Source of the DNA: Candidatus Latescibacterota bacterium
GTDB taxonomy: Bacteria > Latescibacterota > UBA2968
Direction: 5' to 3'
Length of the DNA stretch: 64,000 nt
Assembly: GCA_965116885.1 (NCBI GenBank)
Contig: OZ220741.1
Span: forward strand, 4,768,001-4,832,000
Part shown: positions 47,947 through 58,138 of the stretch, in pieces
How positions within the stretch are numbered: position 1 is the stretch's first letter
How the letters are laid out: the number at the start of each line of letters is the position of its first letter
Program-made: the position numbers and the translations under genes
Notes under the pieces: model-generated
The model's input: the letters and a program-made list of their open reading frames with translations, nothing else
What the model was told of the DNA's origin: nothing
Databases searched by the model: none

Positions 47947-48735
47947 TCAACGATTCAGACGCCTTTTCCATTCATCGCCATCAAATTGCGGGTGATACAC
48001 CTCGCTGAAAAACCGACGGTGCTCTGGCGAAAGCGAATTGATCATCTCGTCCGTAAACCCGGGTTTGTGATGGCGCACATTGATGTGATTATAAGCGTAA
48101 AACAGAGCCATCCGCGGCACATCCTGTGTCCAAACACAAGACGTATGACGCACAGCCTCGGAAAAAACCAGCAGAGAACCCGGCGGACAGCCATACGTAT
48201 CCCATACCCCCGAATCGGGATCGTCGAACAAAGGCAGCTTTTTCCGGTAATTGGACTTGTGGCTCCCCGGAATAAACGCCGTCCCTCCTTTGCCCTTCTC
48301 CACGCCATTTAATTCCCAAACCACCCTCGTCATCCCGGAGTAAATCCGCCCATCGTGGTATTGATAGCTATAATTGGGATTCACGGACTTACCCCCGGCA
48401 TGCGGCGTCCATCCCCTGTGATTATCACCCTTAAAGCGATAAGACAAAAACGCGCCTTCCAGGCGAATCTTCTCGGTCTCATCGTCGATAACCGTATGTA
48501 ACACCCGCATAATCGCCGGATGATCGATCAATTTCGACGCTGGACCACCCGGCAAACAACGCGCCTCGGGTGGTAGAGAATCTCTATCAGTACGCAATTT
48601 CTCACACTGTTCCACAATCGGCGCCATCTCATCCTCGCTCAAAACAGCCGGAAAGAGAATATATCCTCTCAGGTCAAACATCACGGTCTCTTTTTCCGTC
48701 AAAGTCGGCGTCCACTCTTTTGTCGAAATACCCAT
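47947..48735 (-). CDS. PhyH-like Fe/2OG enzyme with HxG motif
   Basis: FDLRGY, PHAG, TRVVWEL...GGT.FIPGSHK, SEAVRH. Confidence 0.82.
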   Translation of the reverse strand: MGISTKEWTPTLTEKETVMFDLRGYILFPAVLSEDEMAPIVEQCEKLRTDRDSLPPEARCLPGGPASKLIDHPAIMRVLHTVIDDETEKIRLEGAFLSYRFKGDNHRGWTPHAGGKSVNPNYSYQYHDGRIYSGMTRVVWELNGVEKGKGGTAFIPGSHKSNYRKKLPLFDDPDSGVWDTYGCPPGSLLVFSEAVRHTSCVWTQDVPRMALFYAYNHINVRHHKPGFTDEMINSLSPEHRRFFSEVYHPQFDGDEWKRRLNR

Positions 48736-48844
48736 CGCAAAATCTCCTGTTCTGCGGTCAACGGTCAGTAGCCAGCCCTGCTCCCACCTTTTAATGAACT
48801 GCTACGCAGTTGCACACTGTTCCCCAATTCCTAATTTTTAATTT

Positions 48845-50152
48845 TTAATTCCTTTCTACCCACCATTTGTCCCGATGCTTTTCTGCCAACACCTTGAGTT
48901 CTTGCGCCACCTCGGGATACTCATCAATCACATTCGTCGTCTCGTAGGGATCGTTTTCCATATCAAAAAGCGACAACTCGATATGCGCGGTCTTGTATTC
49001 CCCTGGCTCTCCGTCATTGCCCGCTTCCACAAGCGTGCGATAATCGTGTGGCAAATGCAACTTCCACTTGCCATCGCCACTGACCACCCCATCGAAAGTT
49101 CGCCCGGTTGACACCGGATAATACACATGCGAATTCGTCGCATCCGGCTGGCACGTCACAATATCCCAAACATCGACCCCATCAATCGTATAATCCGGTA
49201 AATCCGCCCCCGCCAACTTTGCAAACGTCGGCAAAAAATCCACCGAACAAAATGCCTGATGCGATACTTCACCCGCGGGAATGCCATTGGGATAGTGCAT
49301 CACACACGCCGAACGCGTACCCCCGTCAAAACCCGTCCCCTTCGCCTCGCGATAAGGCGTCTTCCCCGCGTGATTGCCATAAGAAATCCAGGGACCATTA
49401 TCCGACGTAAAAACCACAACCGTATCATCTGCCACGCCTGCTTTTTCAAGCGCATTCATAATCTCACCCACACACCAATCGATCTCCATCATCACATCGG
49501 CATACAAACCCTCCCCCGATTTTCCGTCAAACTTATCGCTGCAAAACAGTGGCACATGCGGCATATTGTGGGGTACATACAGGAAAAACGGCTCACCGGC
49601 ATGACGCCCGATAAAATCGACCGCATGCTCTGTGTACCACGTCGTCAGCATCTTCTGCTGCTCTGGCGACACATCGTCAATAACGATCTCGCCATCTTTC
49701 CAGAACTGCAATTCCATCGTATCAAAATGCCTGCTCTGCGGATGGTACTTCCACATATCATTGGAATACATTAAACCCGACGACTCGTCAAAACCCCGAG
49801 CGGGCGGGCGCGTATCCTCGTGATCGCCAATATGCCACTTGCCAAAAACTCCCGTTGCATATCCCGCGGGCTTGAGCACCTCGGCAATCGTGGCAAAACT
49901 CGGATCCAACCCTCGCGCCCGGGGCGGAATCGCGCCATAAACCTTATGCCTGCCCGGATAACACCCCGTCAACAATGATGCTCGCGACGCCGAACAAATT
50001 GCCTGAGGCACGTAAAACTGGTGATAACAACACCCCCCTGCCGCCAATTTTTCCACATTGGGCGTCGGATACGCCGTCTCTCCAAATGGCCGAAAATCCG
50101 CCCATCCAGAATCATCTAAAAAAATCACCACAAAATTTGGTCTTCGGTCCAA
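48845..50152 (-). CDS. Formylglycine-dependent sulfatase (CxAxR variant)
   Basis: PNFVVIFLDD.G, CSASRAS, GKWH, SDNGP; AAGGAGG RBS, TTG start. Confidence 0.93.
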   Translation of the reverse strand: MDRRPNFVVIFLDDSGWADFRPFGETAYPTPNVEKLAAGGCCYHQFYVPQAICSASRASLLTGCYPGRHKVYGAIPPRARGLDPSFATIAEVLKPAGYATGVFGKWHIGDHEDTRPPARGFDESSGLMYSNDMWKYHPQSRHFDTMELQFWKDGEIVIDDVSPEQQKMLTTWYTEHAVDFIGRHAGEPFFLYVPHNMPHVPLFCSDKFDGKSGEGLYADVMMEIDWCVGEIMNALEKAGVADDTVVVFTSDNGPWISYGNHAGKTPYREAKGTGFDGGTRSACVMHYPNGIPAGEVSHQAFCSVDFLPTFAKLAGADLPDYTIDGVDVWDIVTCQPDATNSHVYYPVSTGRTFDGVVSGDGKWKLHLPHDYRTLVEAGNDGEPGEYKTAHIELSLFDMENDPYETTNVIDEYPEVAQELKVLAEKHRDKWWVERN

Positions 50153-50260
50153 GATATAATCCTCCTTTTTACAATATGCATTGTTCTTGACGACAACGCC
50201 CTACTACCCGATTATTATAGAACGCCCCCACTTCATCAGTCACTCTCTATGGAGTTTTCA

Positions 50261-51163
50261 ATGGCAACCATCTCCAGCGAAGCCACCTCTCGCGTCACCG
50301 AAGACGACGTGGCCTTTTATCGCGAAAATGGATACCTCGTAATCCCCGATGCACTCACCCCCAAAGAAGTCGAAATTCTGCGCGCCGAAACCACTGCCCT
50401 GTGTCGCGGGGAGCGCGGCGACATAGGCAATTTACCAGCCATCTCGCCCGACGATACCGATGAGGACGTAATCAAGCGCATCCTGTGTATCCACCACGTA
50501 CACAGAAACTCGCCCATCATGTACGACGCGCTATCCCACCCCGTAATGGTCGATGGCCTCACCAGCGTCATCGGACCCAATGTCAAATGCATGCAATCCA
50601 TGCTCTTCATCAAAAGCGCGGGAAAACCCGGACAAGCATGGCATCAGGATGAAATCTACATCCCCACCCGCGATCAGTCACTCACGGGCGGCTGGTTTGC
50701 CCTGGACGATGCCACCACTGAAAACGGCTGTTTGTGGGTCATTCCCGGATCGCACAAACGCGGCATATTGTGGCCCCAACACGTACAGCACGACAAGCGC
50801 TTTGACTGCGCCCATGAAACCTTCCGATTCCCCTACACAGATGACGACGCCATCCCCGTCGAAGTCAAAACAGGCGCTCTCGTCTTCTTTCACGGCTACT
50901 TACTCCACCGCTCGTTCCCCAACCGCGCCAAATCCGGCTTTCGCCGCGTACTCGTCAATCACTACATGAGCGCGGAATCCCTCCTCCCCTGGCACAATTT
51001 GAAACCCGGCGAACGCATGGCAACCGCAGACATGCGGGAAATCATCATGGTCGCAGGTGAAGACCCCTATGCGTACAAAGGCACCAAAATAACGGGAAAA
51101 CCACATGTGCGCACGGCTGGCGATGGCGGATGCGGCGACGGCAGACAAGACGTGCGTTCCTGA
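50261..51163 (+). CDS. PhyH family dioxygenase (HxD)
   Basis: FYRENGYL, QSMLFIK, WHQD, NGCL..IPGSH, LLHRS. Confidence 0.92.
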   Translation: MATISSEATSRVTEDDVAFYRENGYLVIPDALTPKEVEILRAETTALCRGERGDIGNLPAISPDDTDEDVIKRILCIHHVHRNSPIMYDALSHPVMVDGLTSVIGPNVKCMQSMLFIKSAGKPGQAWHQDEIYIPTRDQSLTGGWFALDDATTENGCLWVIPGSHKRGILWPQHVQHDKRFDCAHETFRFPYTDDDAIPVEVKTGALVFFHGYLLHRSFPNRAKSGFRRVLVNHYMSAESLLPWHNLKPGERMATADMREIIMVAGEDPYAYKGTKITGKPHVRTAGDGGCGDGRQDVRS

Positions 51164-51168
51164 AACGC

Positions 51169-52584
51169 TCACTGATATTGATCGCCCGGCGCGGGCAAGT
51201 ACGTTTTCGCAATCTCCGGATCGGTCTCTGTATCCTCAATCAGTTCCAAAAGCGCCCTGTGCAACCGCCTTGCTTCTTCTGAATTTTCGGCAATCACATT
51301 ATTTTCCTGACCGGGATCTTCCGGCATATAAAACAACTCATCCACGCGACGCTCTGGCATATTGCGGCAATCGTAGCGCTCAGTGCGAATCCGTTTGGGA
51401 CCTTTGTATTTGAGATCTTTATTCGGCCAATACACCAGTGTCCACGTACCATCGGTTATTGTAGCGGGCACAGTGCCCCAGCTATCATTCAAATTCCGTC
51501 CGCTAATTGCAAACTCCCGGTGTTGCACCGTCTTGCCCGACAAAACATCGGCAAATGATTCCCCCTGCACGCCATCGGGCACATCCAATCCCGCCAAACT
51601 GCAAAGCGTCGGAAATACATCCACCGGCTGCACCAGGCTATCCACCTGTTTGCCCGCCATCGCCCCATCCGGATGATACACCACGAACGGAATATGAATC
51701 ATCGGATCGTAAAGCTGCCCCCAATCTCCCCAGGGCTTGCCCTGCAAACCGTGGTCGCCAAAATAGTGCCCGTGATCTGCCATCAGCAAAAAAACCGTAT
51801 TCTCCTTCAAGCCCAACACATCTATCGTATCCCACAACATCCCCAACCACCGATCCGTCATCGTCACCTCAGCCGCGTACAGTGCGCGCACGTGATTGAG
51901 TTCCTCATCCGTCATGTAATTGCTGAACCCATAACACGGATAAATAAGCTCATCGCCTTCATAACCCGGATCGTACATATCCACATAATACTGCGGCGGA
52001 TCCCACGGCTCGTGCGGATCCCACGAATCAATCCACAGAAAAAACCCATCCTTCACATAATTCCGCTCCAGCCAGTGCATCGCCTCGGTAAACACGCGAG
52101 GTCCCAGATAATCCGATTCAAACAAACGCCCGCGCTGATTCGCCAGATAGCGCATCACCCCGGATTTTACTTTATCCTCACTGGCCGGCCATTTGATCTC
52201 CTGCAATGCATCGCTAATCCACGGCTCACCACCCTGCCCGCGAATCCACGAAATAGAACCAAATCCGCGATCCAGAAAATTGCCCTGGGTCATAAACATC
52301 GGCGTATCAAAAACCAGCCCTGTTGTATATCCTTCGCGACGAAAACGCTCGGCCATCGTGGGCAAATTCTGCTCCATTTTATCCCATGTATTAAACGGAT
52401 GTCCCCACCGTCCCGTAAACAAATCGCGTCGGCACGGCAGGGTTGGAAACGACCCCGAATACGCCTTTGAAAACACCAGCGACTCACGCGCGATGCGATC
52501 CATATTCGGCGTCCTTGCCCGGTCGCCATAAGCACCCACGTGATCTGCCCGCAACGAATCCAGCATGACACAAATAACGTTCAT
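51169..52584 (-). CDS. Sulfatase-fold (alkaline phosphatase superfamily) hydrolase with Thr at the nucleophile position
   Basis: MNVICVMLDSLRADH, SFPTLPCRRDLFTG, WDPHEPWDPP, ADHG. Confidence 0.85.
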   Translation of the reverse strand: MNVICVMLDSLRADHVGAYGDRARTPNMDRIARESLVFSKAYSGSFPTLPCRRDLFTGRWGHPFNTWDKMEQNLPTMAERFRREGYTTGLVFDTPMFMTQGNFLDRGFGSISWIRGQGGEPWISDALQEIKWPASEDKVKSGVMRYLANQRGRLFESDYLGPRVFTEAMHWLERNYVKDGFFLWIDSWDPHEPWDPPQYYVDMYDPGYEGDELIYPCYGFSNYMTDEELNHVRALYAAEVTMTDRWLGMLWDTIDVLGLKENTVFLLMADHGHYFGDHGLQGKPWGDWGQLYDPMIHIPFVVYHPDGAMAGKQVDSLVQPVDVFPTLCSLAGLDVPDGVQGESFADVLSGKTVQHREFAISGRNLNDSWGTVPATITDGTWTLVYWPNKDLKYKGPKRIRTERYDCRNMPERRVDELFYMPEDPGQENNVIAENSEEARRLHRALLELIEDTETDPEIAKTYLPAPGDQYQ

Positions 52585-52600
52585 ATATTTCTCCTCATCT

Positions 52601-53584
52601 TTAAATATGCCCAACGCCTCGCAACACAGCCTCTTGAACCAGCAACTCGTGTTCATAAGATCGATCCGGCGCGCACTCACCCCGAATAGCCGGTAAAAAC
52701 GCCTCCAATTCCAGATCGTACAAATCCTGCCGAGATTGCTGCGCCACATCGACAAATTGAACACCCGCTTCATACCCATCGCGCGCCTCGTCCAAACACA
52801 GACGGATTTTCTCCGCAGGCTCCATCGGCTCCATAATCGCACTCCCCTTTGTACCGTACACCTCAAACCGACGCGCATTGGGCCGCGGCTCCAGCGCCGC
52901 AATATCGACAATGGCAATTGCTCGCTCAAATTCAAAAATACCCACGCCATTATCGGTAAAACCCTCGACATCGAGCATATCTTCGCGCAAAAACGGCGTT
53001 ACGCGCTCGGGCCTACCCAAAAGATGGACAATCTGATCGAGCTGATGCCCGCACAAATCGAAAAACACCCCACCCTGATGCACCGCGACAACTTTTTTCT
53101 GCGCTCTACCCAAAAACGTGGACATATGCGCTCGAACCGCAAACACATCGCCCAACAAACCCGAATGCACCCACTCTGCGATCTTGCAATACCCATCGTG
53201 ATACCGAAACATGTACCCCATCTGAATCAACAAATCCCCCTCCCGTGCCCGCGCGATAATCCGCTGCCACTGATCCCAATTTTCCCCAGCGGGCTTGTCA
53301 TACCACACGTGCTTCCCCGCTTGAATAATGGCCTCTGTCTGATCCAGACTCTCGACATTTGCACCCTCTGATGCAACAGCCACAATTTCATCATCGTCCA
53401 GCATCTCCGCTTCCGACTCAAACCAATAAACGCCTTCGTAACGGCCCGATTGCGCCATCTCCTCTCGGCGACTCTCATCGGGCTCAAACACCCCAACCAC
53501 CTCCACCTCTGCATTGGTCTGCATCGACTGCAACTTTCCGGCTGCGTGACCGTGTTTTGTACCGTATTGCGCCATTTTAACCAT
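52601..53584 (-). CDS. Gfo/Idh/MocA family oxidoreductase
   Basis: GKHVWYDKP, GYMFRY, GGVFFDLCGH.LD, GTKG. Confidence 0.88.
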   Translation of the reverse strand: MVKMAQYGTKHGHAAGKLQSMQTNAEVEVVGVFEPDESRREEMAQSGRYEGVYWFESEAEMLDDDEIVAVASEGANVESLDQTEAIIQAGKHVWYDKPAGENWDQWQRIIARAREGDLLIQMGYMFRYHDGYCKIAEWVHSGLLGDVFAVRAHMSTFLGRAQKKVVAVHQGGVFFDLCGHQLDQIVHLLGRPERVTPFLREDMLDVEGFTDNGVGIFEFERAIAIVDIAALEPRPNARRFEVYGTKGSAIMEPMEPAEKIRLCLDEARDGYEAGVQFVDVAQQSRQDLYDLELEAFLPAIRGECAPDRSYEHELLVQEAVLRGVGHI

Positions 53585-53595
53585 AGCTCACCCTC

Positions 53596-54432
53596 CTAAA
53601 TGTCAACAAACCCTCGTTGTGCCCGTTCTTGTTCCGCCACATCCAGAATGCGTCGAATCAGCAAACTTTCCAGACGTGGTATATTCGCCTTCCCACTTTC
53701 AAAAAGATCCATAATCGCCCCGGTAGAACGCGGGAAAATCACCGCCCGGTCCACCTCCATATACCGCGTCTCCTCCGTCGTCGTCACAACAGCAGCCTGC
53801 GGCGTCCTGTGTTTTTCATTCAGATTGATCACCGCCGTTCGGTTGCCCGTAAAATCGATCAAAATCTGATTGTACTTCCCCTTACTCCGGCGCATCAGCC
53901 GTTTTGCCCTGGTCCCCATACAGCTTACCACAATTTCTGTCGGGTGAATACCATACTCATCAAAAGACCGCCCACTCTGCCAGACAACAAGATGTTTCAC
54001 TTTCCGAGGACCGACTTCCCGCACAAAATCCTGCACATTGCTATACCGCAGTGCAGACGAAGTCTGTATTGGAACGCGGTACTTATCTGCAAGCGCGAAT
54101 ATCTGTTGCGCTGTCTCGATATCGGGCGCAAAAGTCTTATCCACATAAGTCGCCTTGCCAAACGGAAAAATAGCCTCACACATAGCCAGATGGCGCTCTG
54201 GAGTCCTCGGTGCCAGAATGAGATAATAATCAACCGCATCGTTCAGAGCCTGAACATCTGGAAAATAGGGCACCCCATTTTCCTCTGCCCAGGCGAGACT
54301 CGATTTCTGGCGAATACCCGTACAACCCATCACCTCAAATCCCCGGTCCTTCAACTCATTCCTGAACGCACTCAAATACACATTTGCGTGAAAATTATTC
54401 AGATCGAGATCGTAAAAACCGACGCGTTTCAA
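53596..54432 (-). CDS. Gfo/Idh/MocA-like NAD(P)-binding oxidoreductase
   Basis: HA, G..TYVDKTFA, SSALRY, YGIH; TTG start after AAGGAGG. Confidence 0.75.
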   Translation of the reverse strand: MKRVGFYDLDLNNFHANVYLSAFRNELKDRGFEVMGCTGIRQKSSLAWAEENGVPYFPDVQALNDAVDYYLILAPRTPERHLAMCEAIFPFGKATYVDKTFAPDIETAQQIFALADKYRVPIQTSSALRYSNVQDFVREVGPRKVKHLVVWQSGRSFDEYGIHPTEIVVSCMGTRAKRLMRRSKGKYNQILIDFTGNRTAVINLNEKHRTPQAAVVTTTEETRYMEVDRAVIFPRSTGAIMDLFESGKANIPRLESLLIRRILDVAEQERAQRGFVDI

Positions 54433-54458
54433 GCGGCGACCTCCTTTCAAAATAGGGA

Positions 54459-55964
54459 TTACCTCAACCCCAGCCGTACATACTGTTCCGGGGGCGCATC
54501 ACACGCTTCCATCCCCTGAATCAACAGATCCACCATTCGTTTTTCAACCTCCGGATCCTCCAGTGGCTTTTCCTGTTTTGGGTCCTGTTCCAAATCGTAT
54601 AACAAAGTCCCAAAATCATGGATTCTCAACAATCTGGGACTAAAACTCTTGCTATCCCGCCCAGTGTGAATCTTCAGCACCTCACACCCTTTGGTAAAAC
54701 TGAGCGGTTCGGAAAGCGCCATCTTGCCCACCAATTCCTCTGGGGCAAAATGAGACCGAATGTGGGTTGGCATCAACGTATATTCAAACAAAGGTTGATT
54801 TTCCCGGTCTGCCGCTGCCCGCATATACACATACCGCCCATCCGTCACATTGCCCTGATGCCCGTGCATCCCAAAAACCGCGGCCTCCCGCACCGCCGTA
54901 TCGTTATCCACCGCATCGCCAAGTGGTTTGCCAAGCATATCCACTGTCGGCTCCAAACCAAAAAAGTCCAGCAACGTCGGCCCCAGATCAATCGACGGCT
55001 GCACCAGTGCCTCCCGCCGTTCCCCTTTCTTACCACACCGCGGATCCCAGATAAAAAACGGTGTATGGGCCACTTCCTCATAAAAGGGCATCCACATCTT
55101 TGCCCAGCAATCGTGCTCACTCAGCAAAAACCCGTGATCGGTCCACACCGCCAGCAACGTATCTTCCCACATCTCCAATTCATCCATCAAATCCAGCACA
55201 TCGCCCAGTTTGGCATCGCACATCGCCAGCAACGAAGCATATTCAAACCGCATATGCTCAATTTGCTCCCGCGTCTCTTTCACCGGTTCATAGCTCGGCC
55301 AATCGTGCAACGGACCGTCGTAATCGCGATAATGTTCGGCGTAGAGATCCTTAAACTTGCGCTGGGAGAAAAACGGCTCGTGGGGATCAAATGTTTCAAT
55401 CTGCAAAAACCAATGGTCTTCCGTATAGTTCCGCCGAATAAAATCAATCCCCGCCTCAAACGTCTTCGACTGGGGTTGATCTTCTTCTCGCCGCATAAAC
55501 TGCCGATTGATCAAATCCTGCCGGGACAGGTCATCCTCGCCCGAATTTCGCCCATACGTATTTTCCGTAGAAGGATCTGCCACCTGCCCCTTCCACAGAT
55601 CTCCTTCCTGCCCCCTGAAAAACTGCCAGGTGCTATACTGGGTGTGATACGTACACCCGCCATCTTCCCAATAATGCTGATGATCGCTCACCAGATGGCT
55701 CGAAATACCATGCTCCTGTAACATGCGGGGCACCGAATCGTCAAATGGCTCCAGCGGGCCCCAGGAACGATGCAAAAAATTGGGCCGCCCCGTATGAAAA
55801 TCCCGCCTGGCCGGCATACACGGCATCGAACACACATAAGATCTGTCAAACGTCACCGCGCGCTCTGCCAACCGTTTAAAATTTGGCGTATGCGTCCAAT
55901 CACACCCATAGGGCGACAACAGATGTCGATTTAGTGAATCAAACATCACCACAACTGCCTTCAT
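54459..55964 (-). CDS. Sulfatase (YidJ/choline-sulfatase-like)
   Basis: MKAVVVMFDSLNR, CMPARR (CxPxR), FDPHEPF, TDHG. Confidence 0.92.
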   Translation of the reverse strand: MKAVVVMFDSLNRHLLSPYGCDWTHTPNFKRLAERAVTFDRSYVCSMPCMPARRDFHTGRPNFLHRSWGPLEPFDDSVPRMLQEHGISSHLVSDHQHYWEDGGCTYHTQYSTWQFFRGQEGDLWKGQVADPSTENTYGRNSGEDDLSRQDLINRQFMRREEDQPQSKTFEAGIDFIRRNYTEDHWFLQIETFDPHEPFFSQRKFKDLYAEHYRDYDGPLHDWPSYEPVKETREQIEHMRFEYASLLAMCDAKLGDVLDLMDELEMWEDTLLAVWTDHGFLLSEHDCWAKMWMPFYEEVAHTPFFIWDPRCGKKGERREALVQPSIDLGPTLLDFFGLEPTVDMLGKPLGDAVDNDTAVREAAVFGMHGHQGNVTDGRYVYMRAAADRENQPLFEYTLMPTHIRSHFAPEELVGKMALSEPLSFTKGCEVLKIHTGRDSKSFSPRLLRIHDFGTLLYDLEQDPKQEKPLEDPEVEKRMVDLLIQGMEACDAPPEQYVRLGLR

Positions 55965-55980
55965 ATCTCCTCCTATTGGT

Positions 55981-56799
55981 TCAAATCCCCACTTCCAAAC
56001 GATGGGTTGTATCCACAACCGGATCATCTCCCTCAATAAACCGCGCCATAGTATTGTGTGTCGCCGGTCGAGTTTTGAAATCCGCAATCCACGGCTGCCT
56101 GAAATAAGCCTGTTTTTCACGGGGCAAATTTTCCAGCACCACCGGTGGAATATTCAACCGGTGCCAGTGCGTCGCCAAATGCGAATACGCGTGCAAAATC
56201 GTCACCCGGGGCGTATCGCGCTGCCACACAGGACCTGCGTGACACACATTTTCCGTAAAAAATAGCGCGCTCCCCGGCGGGCATTCATACGTCACCAAAA
56301 ACGGACTGCGCTCCCCCTCCTTCAACGACAAATGCGCCTTGTGCATTGGGAAATTGGCCTTGTGACTCCCCACAATAAAATGGGTACCCCCATCCCCTTT
56401 ATTCACCCCCGACAGTTCAAAAATCACCCGAACCATCCCCGCATGGATGCGCCCATTTTGAACCCGATACCCAAAAATCGGATCGATCTGCCCCCGCGCC
56501 CCTCCGTGCAATTCACCATGTGACTGGCCCTTCTTTCTCCAAACACACCCGGCTGCCTCCAGCCGAATCTCCGGCCCGATAATCTCGTGCAAAACATCGA
56601 TCACTTTTGGATGATCAATCAACACACTCGCCGGTCCACCTGGCACGGCCCGATGTTCGGGAGGCAAAGATTCGGGATTGTGCTTAATCCGATCAATCTG
56701 ATCTACAATCGCCGCCACTTCACCTTTCGATAAAATCGCCGGACGAACCAGAAACCCCGTCAAATCAAATCTAAATCTCTCCTCTTCGCTCAAACCCAT
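55981..56799 (-). CDS. PhyH-like Fe/2OG enzyme with HxG motif
   Basis: FRFDLTGF, LHGG, VRVIFEL...GGT.F..GSHK, FTENVCH. Confidence 0.82.
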   Translation of the reverse strand: MGLSEEERFRFDLTGFLVRPAILSKGEVAAIVDQIDRIKHNPESLPPEHRAVPGGPASVLIDHPKVIDVLHEIIGPEIRLEAAGCVWRKKGQSHGELHGGARGQIDPIFGYRVQNGRIHAGMVRVIFELSGVNKGDGGTHFIVGSHKANFPMHKAHLSLKEGERSPFLVTYECPPGSALFFTENVCHAGPVWQRDTPRVTILHAYSHLATHWHRLNIPPVVLENLPREKQAYFRQPWIADFKTRPATHNTMARFIEGDDPVVDTTHRLEVGI

Positions 56800-56964
56800 A
56801 GCGGAATCCTTTCTCACAAGAGCAATCTGTTTTGATATATCACCATTAGAATATAACGCCATCCAACCGAAGTCAAACGAGATAACTCTGCCTTGACTTC
56901 CCAATTTCAAATCCCTAACATACAATTGCTTTTGATCCATCATAGTGAGAGACAACAAAAGACC

Positions 56965-58137
56965 ATGAAAACAGATTACGAATACATCGTCCTCGGTTGT
57001 GGGGGCATCGGCAGTGCAACAGCGTATTGGCTCTCGCGCCGAAAAAGCAAAGACGTCCTGGGCATAGAACAATTTGAACACGGTCATCACCACGGCGGCT
57101 CTCAGGATCACTCGCGCATCATCCGCCTGACCTATTACTACCCCCAATATATCCGCCTAGCACCCGCCTCGTACACCGCCTGGCATACGCTCGAAGAGGA
57201 ATCCAGCGTCCAGATGGTCTTCAAAACGGGTAGCATCCAATTTTCACCCGTCGATCATCCCTACCGATATGAAATCGACAAATACACGGGCGCAATGAAT
57301 GAAACAGGTGTTCCCTACGATCGCGTTGACGCCGATGAAATCGCGAAACGCTTTCCGCAATTCCGTCTAAAATACGAAGTCGATGGTATCTATCAGGCCG
57401 ATACCGGATTGGTAGATGCAAGCCGGGGAAATGCGACCCATGTAGCCATGGCGCGTTATCGCGGTGCCACCATCCTGGACAACTGTGAAGCCACGCGCAT
57501 TCGCCCAACCAACACCGGTGTCACAATCGAAACCAAACAGGGCAATTTCTCATGCCGCAAACTCATCGTCACAGCCGGTGCCTGGACAGATCGCCTGCTC
57601 GCCAGCGTGAACATAGATCTTTCTCTCACCGTAACCCAGGAGCAAGTCACATACTACGCCACGCCAAACCTGCCGGACTTTGCCATTGGGAAATTCCCCA
57701 TATTCATCTCTCATGCCGACGAATCTATCTACGGATTCCCCATCTATGGCGAAGTCGCCACCAAAGTCGGCATTGACGCATCAGGTCCCGCAGTAACAAC
57801 CGATACGCGCACCTATGACCCCGATGCCGAACGCGAACGTCGCCAGGAAGCCTGGCTCAAAGAAAATATCCCCGGATTCCTCGGCCCAAAGCTCTATACC
57901 AAAACCTGTCTCTACACAATGCCCAAAGATCGCCATTTCGTAATCGATACACTCCCCGAGCATCCCCAGATCATCGTCTGCGTAGGCGCCGGGCATGCGT
58001 ACAAATTCTCTGGCATCCTGGGCAAAATCCTCAGCGAACTCGCCATTGATGGGCACACGGATTATCCGATAGAACCTTTTGCACTACAACGCGACGCCAT
58101 CACTGATCCCAATTTTAAACCCGTCTTCCGAATGTGA
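56965..58137 (+). CDS. solA: N-methyl-L-tryptophan oxidase/monomeric sarcosine oxidase family flavoprotein
   Basis: GCGGIG, H..GGS...SRIIR, CLYT..D..F.ID, GHAYKF. Confidence 0.8.
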   Translation: MKTDYEYIVLGCGGIGSATAYWLSRRKSKDVLGIEQFEHGHHHGGSQDHSRIIRLTYYYPQYIRLAPASYTAWHTLEEESSVQMVFKTGSIQFSPVDHPYRYEIDKYTGAMNETGVPYDRVDADEIAKRFPQFRLKYEVDGIYQADTGLVDASRGNATHVAMARYRGATILDNCEATRIRPTNTGVTIETKQGNFSCRKLIVTAGAWTDRLLASVNIDLSLTVTQEQVTYYATPNLPDFAIGKFPIFISHADESIYGFPIYGEVATKVGIDASGPAVTTDTRTYDPDAERERRQEAWLKENIPGFLGPKLYTKTCLYTMPKDRHFVIDTLPEHPQIIVCVGAGHAYKFSGILGKILSELAIDGHTDYPIEPFALQRDAITDPNFKPVFRM

Positions 58138-58138
58138 T

